DNA of 64,000 nt, taken from an uncultured Alphaproteobacteria bacterium (lineage in GTDB: Bacteria > Pseudomonadota > Alphaproteobacteria > CACIAM-22H2). Below the pieces are notes generated by a model. That model saw nothing but the letters and a program-made list of their open reading frames with translations. It was not told where the DNA came from and searched no databases. Position numbers and translations under genes: made by a program. Positions 37,381 to 45,962 of the stretch are shown piece after piece. The stretch lies in assembly GCA_963748455.1 (NCBI GenBank), contig CAVVJD010000014.1, forward strand, positions 445,993 to 509,992, read 5' to 3'. The first letter of the stretch is position 1. Each line of letters opens with the position of its first letter.

Positions 37381-38023
37381 TCGCCACCATCACCACGACC
37401 ATGTTCATGCCGACCCGCATGCCCATGACGAGATTGTCACGCACGAGCCATCGCGCGAATTCATGCTGATGGAGCGCGCGATCCGCGAGCTCCTGATTGC
37501 CAAGGGCGTGTTCCCGGCCGACGATGTGCGCCGGCAGATCGACCTCACGGATTCGCGCAGCGAGGCCACGGGGGCGAAGCTGGTGGCGCGCGCGTGGGTC
37601 GACCCTGAATTCAAGAAGCGCCTGATCGCCGACCCCAAGGCGGCGGCGACGGAGATGGGGATCGACGTCTCCAACACGCCGGCCCTGGTGGTTTTGGAGA
37701 ACACGCCCAAGCTCCACCACCTGGTCACCTGCACGCTGTGCTCGTGCTACCCCAAGGCGATCCTCGGCATCCCGCCAGCCTGGTACAAAAGCGTCGAATA
37801 CCGGGCGCGCGCGGTGGTCGACCCGCGCGGCGTGCTGAAGGAATTCGGCACCGAGCTGGGCGACGATGTCGAGCTGCGCGTGCTGGATTCGACCGCGGAT
37901 ATGCGCTATCTGGTGCTGCCATTGCGGCCCGACGGCAGCGAGGGCATGAGCGAAACCGCCCTCGCCGGCCTGGTCACACGCGACAGCATGATCGGTGTCA
38001 CCAATCCGCGGCGGCCCAACTGA
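37373..38023 (+). CDS. Nitrile hydratase alpha-subunit / thiocyanate hydrolase gamma-like catalytic subunit, Co-type CTLCSC motif, His-rich N-terminus.
   Basis: VTCTLCSCYPKAILGIPPAWYKSVEYRARAVVDPRGVLKEFG at about nt 37728-37850 is the NHase alpha metal-binding claw (Co-type CTLCSCY). The N-terminus MADRHHHHDHVHADPHAHDE is His-rich. Confidence 0.8.
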   Translation: MADRHHHHDHVHADPHAHDEIVTHEPSREFMLMERAIRELLIAKGVFPADDVRRQIDLTDSRSEATGAKLVARAWVDPEFKKRLIADPKAAATEMGIDVSNTPALVVLENTPKLHHLVTCTLCSCYPKAILGIPPAWYKSVEYRARAVVDPRGVLKEFGTELGDDVELRVLDSTADMRYLVLPLRPDGSEGMSETALAGLVTRDSMIGVTNPRRPN

Positions 38024-38039
38024 AAGAAGCCGACCCACC

Positions 38040-39359
38040 GTGATCCCTCGTTACAGCCGCCCGGAGATGGCCGCCATCTGGGCGCCCGAAAACCGTTTCC
38101 GCATCTGGTTCGAAATCGAAGCCCATGCCTGCGACGCGCAAGCCGCGCTGGGCGTCATCCCGAAAGCGGCCGCGCAGGCCGTGTGGAAGCGCGGCAAGTT
38201 CGAGATCGACCGCATCGACGAAATCGAGCGCGAGACCAAGCACGACGTCATCGCCTTTCTGACCAACCTCGCCGAGCATGTCGGGCCCGAGGCGCGGTTC
38301 GTCCACCAGGGCATGACCTCGTCGGACGTGCTCGACACGTGCCTCGCGGTACAGCTCACCCAGGCCTCGGACATCCTGATCGCCGATGTCGAGCGTGTGC
38401 TGGCGGCGCTGAAGAAGCGCGCGTTCGAGCACAAGCTGACGCCGACCATCGGCCGCAGCCATGGCATCCATGCGGAGCCGGTGACGTTCGGGCTCAAGCT
38501 CGCCGGGTTCTATGCGGAGTTCTCGCGCAATCTCGAACGTCTGTGCACGGCGCGGCGCGAGATCGCGACCTGCGCCATCTCGGGCGCTGTCGGCACGTTC
38601 GCCAATATCGATCCGCGCGTCGAGGAGCACGTCGCCGAGAAGCTCGGCCTCGAAGTCGAGCCGGTGTCGACCCAGGTCATCCCGCGCGACCGCCATGCGG
38701 CGTTCTTTTCAGCACTCGGCGTGGTCGCGGCGTCGATGGAGCGCGTGGCCATCGAGATCCGCCACCTGCAGCGCTCGGAAGTGCGCGAGGCGGAGGAGTA
38801 TTTCAGCCCGGGCCAAAAGGGCTCGTCGGCGATGCCGCACAAGCGCAATCCGGTGCTGTCGGAGAATTTGACCGGCTTGTCACGCATCGTGCGCGCCGCG
38901 GTGGTGCCGGCGCTGGAGAACGTGGCGCTGTGGCATGAGCGCGATATCTCGCATTCGGCGGTCGAGCGCGTGTTCGGGCCCGATGCGACGGTCACGCTCG
39001 ACTTCGCGCTCAACCGGCTCGCCGGCATGCTGGAGAAGCTGGTTGTCTATCCCGAGGCCATGCAAGCCAATCTCGACGACCTCGGCGGCCTTGTGCATTC
39101 GCAGCGCGTTCTTCTGGCTCTTACGCAAGCCGGCATGAGCCGCGAGGACAGCTACAAGACCGTGCAGAAGCACGCCATGGAGACATGGTCGAACGGCGGC
39201 TCCTTCCTCGACCGCCTCAAGGGCGATCAAGCGGTCGCCAAGCTGCTCAAGCCCAAGCAGCTCGAGGCGCTGTTCAACCTCGACTACCATTTCAAGCACG
39301 TCGATACGATTTTCGATCGCGTGTTTGGGAAGACGGCCGCGAAGAAGCGCGGCAAGTAG
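38040..39359 (+). CDS. purB: Adenylosuccinate lyase.
   Basis: Full-length fumarase/ASL family with PurB N-terminus (IPRYSRPEMAAIW) and the SSAMPHKRNP catalytic loop. Confidence 0.9.
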   Translation: MIPRYSRPEMAAIWAPENRFRIWFEIEAHACDAQAALGVIPKAAAQAVWKRGKFEIDRIDEIERETKHDVIAFLTNLAEHVGPEARFVHQGMTSSDVLDTCLAVQLTQASDILIADVERVLAALKKRAFEHKLTPTIGRSHGIHAEPVTFGLKLAGFYAEFSRNLERLCTARREIATCAISGAVGTFANIDPRVEEHVAEKLGLEVEPVSTQVIPRDRHAAFFSALGVVAASMERVAIEIRHLQRSEVREAEEYFSPGQKGSSAMPHKRNPVLSENLTGLSRIVRAAVVPALENVALWHERDISHSAVERVFGPDATVTLDFALNRLAGMLEKLVVYPEAMQANLDDLGGLVHSQRVLLALTQAGMSREDSYKTVQKHAMETWSNGGSFLDRLKGDQAVAKLLKPKQLEALFNLDYHFKHVDTIFDRVFGKTAAKKRGK

Positions 39360-39400
39360 TCTTCGCTGAGCGGAGCATTAAGAAGCGGCGCGATCGCAAG

Positions 39401-39560
39401 TCCCTCTCCGCCCTTCAGGGCGGAGAGGGATTTAGGGTGAGGTGGGTATCGCCGCTGAAAACTTTTTGGCGTCGCTTGCGCGGAGCCACCACCTCACCCT
39501 TCCCATCGCTTCGCGCTGGGGCCCCTTCCCTCTCCCCCGCTTCGCGGCGGAGAGGGAAAA
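39401..39560. repeat. REP/MITE-like palindromic element (GGAGAGGGATTTAGGGTGAGGTGG family).
   Basis: CCCTCTCCGCCCTTCAGGGCGGAGAGGGATTTAGGGTGAGGTGG ... CCACCACCTCACCCTT ... CCCTCTCCCCCGCTTCGCGGCGGAGAGGGAAAAG. Confidence 0.75.
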
Positions 39561-39564
39561 GACG

Positions 39565-40923
39565 TTACGCCGGCAAGCCGGTCTCGAAGCAGTAATACAG
39601 CGTGCGGAAGCCTGAGCGCAGCGCCAGCGCGTCCTTCTTCACGCTCTCCGGGCTTTCGCGGCGCACGATGACGCGGGCGATGAGGTCGGCGATTTGCTCC
39701 ATCTCGCGTTCTTTCATGCCGTAGCGCGTCATCTCGATCGTGCCCATGCGCAGGCCGCCCGGATAGTCCCAATCCTTGGGCGCGTCGGTCGGGATCAGGT
39801 TCTTGTTGACGATGATGTTGGCGCGCTCGAGTGTCTGCGCGCATTCGAGGCCGCGGCCGAATTTGCGCGCATCGGCGATCGCCTGGTGCGTGGTGGTGAA
39901 GCCCTTGTGGCGACCGAGCATCGGCAGGCCGCGCTCGTCAAGCGCCTTGGCCAGCGCCTGGGCGTTCTTGACGATCTGCGCCATGAATTTTTCGCCAAAG
40001 GCGATCGCCTCGGCGGTGGCCAACGCCAACGCGGCGACACGATTGACCTGATGGGTGGCGGCCCAGATCGGGAACACGGCCGTCGTCACCTTCTCCGTGA
40101 TCGTCGGGTCGTCCCAGACGATGATGCCCGATTGCGGGCCCGCGAAGGTCTTGCCGGCGGAACCGGTCATGATATCGGCCCCCTCCTTCAACGGATCCTG
40201 GAACTGCTTGCCGCCGATCAGGCCGAGCTGATGGGCGGCATCAAAGAACAAGCGCCCACCCCACTCGCCGATCGCCGCTTTCATTTCGGCGACCGGCTGC
40301 GGGAACAGGGTCATCGACAGGCCGAGCGCCACCAGCGGCGGACGCACCGCCGGCGCGACCTTGCGAAACGCGTCGATATCGACGACGAGTTCATGCGGGT
40401 CCATCGGGATGTCGACGATCTTGCGGCCCATGGCGCCGGCCGGCCCATCGATGCGGTTGGAGGAATGGCCGCCGACCGGCTGCGCCGCGCTCATGATCAC
40501 GTCGCCCGGCGCCGACAGCGCCGTATAGACCACGGCATTGCCGACCATGCTCGCGCACATGCGGTGGTCGGCGTAGTTGCAGCGGAAGTAGCGCTTCATC
40601 AGCTCGACGCACAGCGCTTCGACTTCATCGATGTGCCGCGTGCCGGCGAACCAGCGATTGACCTTGCCGATATGACCCTCGGCGGCGCGCGTGCCGATTT
40701 CGGCGCCGAGCAGCGCACGCACGCCCGGGCTGGTCGGCGCTTCGGGCGCGAGCAGGTTGATGCAGTCCTGGCCGCGCCATTGCGCGTTGCGCGCGACCGC
40801 GGCCTTGACCGCCTCGCCCATGTCGCGCACCTCGGCACAGGCATCGAGAATGGCGCTGGCCGCGGCCAGCGCGTCGCGGTCGTGAATTTCGATCCGGTTG
40901 TGGGATACGGCCATGGCGGTCAT
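39565..40923 (-). CDS. Serine hydroxymethyltransferase-family PLP enzyme (divergent GlyA-like aldolase).
   Basis: SHMT-fold hallmarks (…NAVVYTALSAPGDVIMSAAQPVGGHSSN…, PLP-lysine region GSAGKTFAGPQSG) on a divergent sequence about 450 aa long. Confidence 0.65.
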   Translation of the reverse strand: MTAMAVSHNRIEIHDRDALAAASAILDACAEVRDMGEAVKAAVARNAQWRGQDCINLLAPEAPTSPGVRALLGAEIGTRAAEGHIGKVNRWFAGTRHIDEVEALCVELMKRYFRCNYADHRMCASMVGNAVVYTALSAPGDVIMSAAQPVGGHSSNRIDGPAGAMGRKIVDIPMDPHELVVDIDAFRKVAPAVRPPLVALGLSMTLFPQPVAEMKAAIGEWGGRLFFDAAHQLGLIGGKQFQDPLKEGADIMTGSAGKTFAGPQSGIIVWDDPTITEKVTTAVFPIWAATHQVNRVAALALATAEAIAFGEKFMAQIVKNAQALAKALDERGLPMLGRHKGFTTTHQAIADARKFGRGLECAQTLERANIIVNKNLIPTDAPKDWDYPGGLRMGTIEMTRYGMKEREMEQIADLIARVIVRRESPESVKKDALALRSGFRTLYYCFETGLPA

Positions 40924-41040
40924 GGAGAGGCTCCTTCTGGCGAATTCCCGCAGAATCTGCCACGTAATCTATGGCAATAGATTTCGTTCTGGCATTCCGT
41001 TATTTTCATACTGGAATGGGCCAGAGAGGAGTTCTTGAAA

Positions 41041-41567
41041 TGAATGAAAAGAACAGGGCGAAGTCGGGCCCACCCGAAGAGGCGGCGCCGGTGGCTCTCG
41101 ACCCAATCGACCGCAAAATTCTCGACATCCTGCAGGAGAACAACCAGGTCACGAACCTGGAGCTCGCCGAGCGGATCGGTCTTTCGCCCCCACCCTGCCT
41201 GCGCCGCGTGCGCCAGTTGCACGAGCGCGGCGTCATTGCCAAAGATGTGGCCATCGTCGATCCGGCCAAGGTCGGCCGCACCATCACCGCATTTGTCGGC
41301 GTCGAGTTGGACCGCCAACGCGAGGACGTGCTGGCGAGCTTCGAGCGCAAGATCCGTGCCGAACCTGAAGTGCAGCAATGCTATTTCGTCTCGGGCGATA
41401 TCGACTACCTGCTGGTTGTCACGTGCGTCGACATGCCGAGCTACAACGCTTTCGCACGGCGCGTGCTGGCCAACGAGCATAACATCAAGCGCTTCCGCAC
41501 CAGCTTCAACCTGTCGCGGATCAAATACGAAACCAAGGTGCCGCTGGGGGCGGCGGCTTCGGACTGA
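41041..41567 (+). CDS. Lrp/AsnC-family transcriptional regulator.
   Basis: LDPIDRKILDILQENNQVTNLELAERIGLSPPPCLRRVRQLHERGVI (HTH_AsnC) plus a RAM domain. Divergent from the SHMT-like gene. Confidence 0.85.
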
Positions 41568-41676
41568 TCGCAAGCAGCGCATTTTTTGCAGGGACGAACT
41601 CTCAAGCCACGCCTAGAATGCGATCTTGGTGAGTCCTCCGAGTGCGCCGAGCCCGGCCGGGATGGGACCTCAACCA

Positions 41677-44600
41677 TGCGCTGCGCCGCCTGTGATGCAG
41701 ACAACCCTGCCGCTGCCAAGTTCTGCGCGGCCTGCGGCGCGAGTTTGGGCGTGCCGTGTCCCCGCTGCGGTCATGGCAACCGCCCGAGCAGCCGCTTCTG
41801 TGTCGAGTGCGGCGGACAATTGACCGGGCCGACGCCGGCTGCCGGATCGTGACATGACGTCGCGCCCGCTCGCGCCGTCGTCCTACACGCCCCCGCATTT
41901 GGCCGAAAAGATCCTCGCGTCTCGCGACGCCGGTCGAGGGCGAGCGAAAGCAGGTCACGGTGCTCTTCGCCGATATCAAGGGCTCGACCGAGCTTATTCA
42001 AGCCTTGGACACCGAGGAGGCCCAACAAGCTTCTCGACGGCGCGGTCAAAGTGATGATGGACGCCGTGCATCGCTACGAAGGGACGGTGAGCCATGCGCT
42101 GGGCGACGGGATCATGGCGCTGTTCGGGGCGCCGATCGCCCACGAAGACCACGCCGTTCGCGCCTGCTATGCCGCGCTGGCGCTCCAGGACGGGATGCGC
42201 CGCTACGCCGAACAGGCGCGGCGGACCCACGGGGCGTTGGTCCAGGCGCGGGTCGGGCTGAACAGCGGCGAGGTGGTCGTGCGGTTGATCAGCGATGATC
42301 TGCACATGGACTACACGGCCATGGGCCCGACCGTCCATCTCGCGTCGCGCGTGGAGCAGCTGGCGCGCGAAGGCACCTGCCTGCTCACCGCCGAAACGCT
42401 CAGATTGGTGGAAGGCTATGTGCAGGTTCGCACGATCGGCGCGGTCGCGATCAAGGGGCTGGATCGCACCGGCCGAGCTGTTCGAGCTGCTGGGCGCCGG
42501 TGCGGCGCGGACGCGCCTGCAAGCTATGGCGGTGCGCGGCCTGACCCGGTTTGTCGGACGTCAGGCCGAGCTGGTCGCCGATCCACCGCGCCCTCGAACG
42601 TGCCCAGCCCGGCCACGGCCAATTGGTGGCCTTGGTGGGGGAGCCGGGCGTCGGCAAGTCGCGCCTGGTCTGGGAGGTCACCCACTCTCACCGCACGCAG
42701 GGCTGGCTGGTGCTGGAGAGCGGCTCCGTCTCCTACGGGAAGGCGACATCCTGGCTGCCGGTGATCGACCTGCTCAAGGCCTATTGCGGGATCGGGCCCC
42801 GCGATGACGCACGCTCCATCCGCGAGAAGCTCACCGGCAAATTGCTCACGCTGGACCGCAAATTGGAGCCGAGACCTGCCGGCCTTTCTGTCTCTGCTCG
42901 ACGTGCCGATCGACGAGGAATCCTGGCAGGCTCTCGATCCGCCTAAGCGCCGGCGGCAGACGCTCGATGCCCTCAAGCGCCTGCTGCTGCGCGAGAGTCG
43001 CGAACAACCGCTCCTGCTGATCTTCGAGGACGTGCACTGGATCGACTCGGAGACGCAGGCCCTGCTCGACGGCCTTGTCGAGGGTCTCCCCACGGCCCGC
43101 ATCCTCCTGCTCGTCAACTATCGGCCGGAATACACGCATGCCTGGGGGAGCAAGACCTACTACACGCAGATCCGGATCGACCCTCTTGGAGAGGACAGCG
43201 CCGAGGCGCTGCTCGATGCGCTGTTGGGGACGGCCCGCCCGGTCGACGATGATGGCAGGGCCGAGGACGCGCAAGAAAGCCCACCGCTGCACGACCTGAA
43301 ACGGCTCCTGATCGAGCGGACCGAGGGCAATCCGTTCTTCCTGGAGGAAAGCGTCCGCACGCTGGTCGAAACCGGCGCACTCGTCGGCGAACGAGGGGCC
43401 TACCGGCTGGCCGCGGAGGTTGCGGGCATTCGTGTGCCGGCGACGGTCCAGGCGGTCTTGGCAGCCCGCATCGACCGGCTCCCCGCAGAGGAGAAGCGGC
43501 TGCTGCAGACAGCGGCGGTGATCGGCAAGGATGTGCCATTTGCCCTGTTGCGGGCGATCACCGTCGAGGCCGCGGACGCAGCGCACGCGCGATCTGTTCA
43601 CGGAGGAAGACCTGAGGGCCGGCCTGGCGCATCTTCAAGCGGCGGAATTCCTCTACGAGGCGAGCCTGTTTCCCGTAGCTGGAATACACATTCAAGCACG
43701 CCCTGACGCATGAGGTGGCCTATGGCAGCCTTCTGCAAGAACGCCGCAAGGCGCTGCACGCGCGCATCGCTCGCCGCGATCGAGACGCTGTATTCCGACC
43801 GCCTGGCCGAGCATGTCGAGCGGCTGGCCCACCACGCCCAGCGTGGCGAGTGCTGGGAGAAGGCGCTGAGCTACTCCCGTCAGGCAGGACTCAAGGCCGT
43901 GGCCCGCTCGGCCAATCGCGAGGCCGTCGTCTTTTTCGAACAGGCCCTCGCCGCCCTTGGGCACCTTCCGGAGACCCGCGACACGCTGGAGCAAACCGTC
44001 GATCTGCGGCTTAACCTTCGACAGGCGCTTCTCCCGCTCGGGGAATTTGAACAGATCCTGGACCACATCCGTAAAGCCGAGACCATTGCCGAGACCCTGA
44101 ACGATCAGCGCCGGCTGGCCCGTACCCTCTGCCTGGATGGCGTATTCATACTGCTTCACGCTCGGCGACAATGAGCGAGCCATAGCGACCGGGCAGCGCG
44201 CCCTCGCAATCGGTCGCGCGCTCGATGACCTCCCGCTCCAAGTCCTCGCGACGTTCTATCTGGCCTATGCGCACTGGCAGCGGGGTGACTATCGCCAAGC
44301 GATCGACGGTCTCAGATGGATCGTGGTCAATCTCCAAGGCGAGTTGATCCGCGAGCGCTTTGGCATGGCCGGCTATCCGTCGGTGCTCGCGCGCGGCTTG
44401 TTGGCTTGGTGCCTGGGCGACACTCGGCGAATTCGCCGAAGGGAGGGCCTATGCGCAGGAGGCGATCAGTCTGGCGGACGCGCTTGACCAACCCTTCAGC
44501 CAGAGCGTCTTGAGAACGTGGCTGGGCCATTTCTATGTCGCTCAGGGTGATCTGCGCACCGCGATCTCTCTGCTCGAGCAATGCTGTGCGCTCGTCGAGC

Positions 44601-45178
44601 GCTGGGACATCCCGCGCCTTGGCGCCATCGCCGCCTCGCTGCTCGGCGTCGCACATGCCCTGAATGGGCTGCCCCACACGAAGGCGTGCCGTTCCTGGAG
44701 ACAGCAGCAGTCCAGCTTAAATCCGAGAAAGGAAGCTCCGAGACCCGCCTGATCATTCCCATATGCGAGGGATATTTGCTGGCCGGCCGGATTGAGGACG
44801 CGATCCGGCTCGCCGACCGCGCCCTCCACGGCTCCCGGACGCGCAAGGAACGCGGATACGAGGCGCAGGCATCTGCGCCTCCTCGGCGACATCGCCGCGC
44901 GCCGCGATCCACCGGACGGCGACGAAGTCCGAATCCCGCTACCGCCAAGCGCAGAAACTGGCCGAGGACTCTTGGCGATGCGGCCGCTCCAGGCCCATTG
45001 CCATCTCGGCCTTGGCAAGCTCTACCGGCGCATGGAAAGAGCGCACGAGGCGCATTTTGAACTTTCCACGGCCGTCGACATGTTGCGGACAATGGAGATG
45101 ACGTTCTGGCTGCCAGAGGCAGAGGCCGAACTGGCGGAGGCGATAGCATCGCCATCGGCGAAGCGAGTCGGATTATAG
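41677..45178 (+). pseudogene. Heavily decayed class III adenylate/guanylate cyclase - AAA ATPase - TPR regulatory protein, about 10 frameshifts.
   Basis: N-terminal zinc-ribbon (CAACDADNPAAAKFCAACGASLGVPCPRCGHGNRPSSRFC), cyclase core (VTVLFADIKGSTEL...GDGIMALFGAP), P-loop (LVGEPGVGKSRL), DUF/AAA_16 region and C-terminal TPR helices. These are spread over at least 10 different overlapping ORFs in three frames. Confidence 0.8.
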
Positions 45179-45227
45179 CCCCCTCCTTCACCGCCGACCT
45201 TCCTACAACGACCACGCCGATACCCGC

Positions 45228-45325
45228 CAACGAGCAAAACATCAAGCGCTTCCGCACCAGCTTCAACTTGGCACGGGTCAAATACGAGACCAAGGTGCCA
45301 CTGGAGGAGAACGCCACGGCCTGAC
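45228..45325 (+). pseudogene. Remnant: diverged 3' end (last about 31 codons) of an Lrp/AsnC-family gene.
   Basis: Encodes ANEQNIKRFRTSFNLARVKYETKVPLEENATA*, versus ANEHNIKRFRTSFNLSRIKYETKVPLGAAASD* at the end of the intact lrp (41470..41567). About 85% nucleotide identity over about 95 bp. Confidence 0.75.
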
Positions 45326-45417
45326 GAGGTACATCCCTGCCGCTTGATCTTCACGGAACCTTTGCGAGAAATCACCGGTTTAGGTTGTAAAACCACCCTT
45401 GCGCAGGAGATAGTGCC

Positions 45418-45786
45418 ATGGCTGTGCGCGACGATCTTCTCAAGCTGGAAAGGCAATTCTGGACCGGCGACGCGGATTTCTATCGCGAGCATCTGGACGA
45501 CAAATGCCTCGTGGCCTTCACGGACATGGCGGGCGTCATGGGCAAGGAGGATATCGCCCAGATGGTGAAGAAGGACCCGCCGCGGTGGAGCGACCTAAAA
45601 TTCGAGGACAAGGGCATGGTCACGCCCGCCGACGGAATCGCTATTCTGAGCTATCAGGCCAGCGGCAAGCGCGGTACCGGCGCGGCGTACAAGGCGGTCG
45701 TCAGCAGCGGCTATGTGAAACGCGATGGCGCGTGGAAGATGGCCTTTCATCAGCAGACGCCGCTTGGAACCGACGCCGGAAAATAG
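45418..45786 (+). CDS. SnoaL-like / NTF2-like (DUF4440-type) small protein.
   Basis: 122 aa. LERQFWTGDADFYREHLDDKCLVAF...DGAWKMAFHQQTP pattern of the NTF2-like superfamily. AGGAGA RBS. Confidence 0.6.
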   Translation: MAVRDDLLKLERQFWTGDADFYREHLDDKCLVAFTDMAGVMGKEDIAQMVKKDPPRWSDLKFEDKGMVTPADGIAILSYQASGKRGTGAAYKAVVSSGYVKRDGAWKMAFHQQTPLGTDAGK

Positions 45787-45962
45787 TCCAAGGGAGCTCA
45801 AGCGTGCATCGGTGGAGGTCGCAGACAGACTATTCTGCAAGCTACGCAATTGTTCCTTGTGCTCGCCGCTGGCGAAGTCCGCCGTTGGATGCGATATAGA
45901 CACTGCTCTACTCTTATAGGTTTTAGTCGCGAGCAGAACCGTCCGGGCGATCCAAGGGATCC

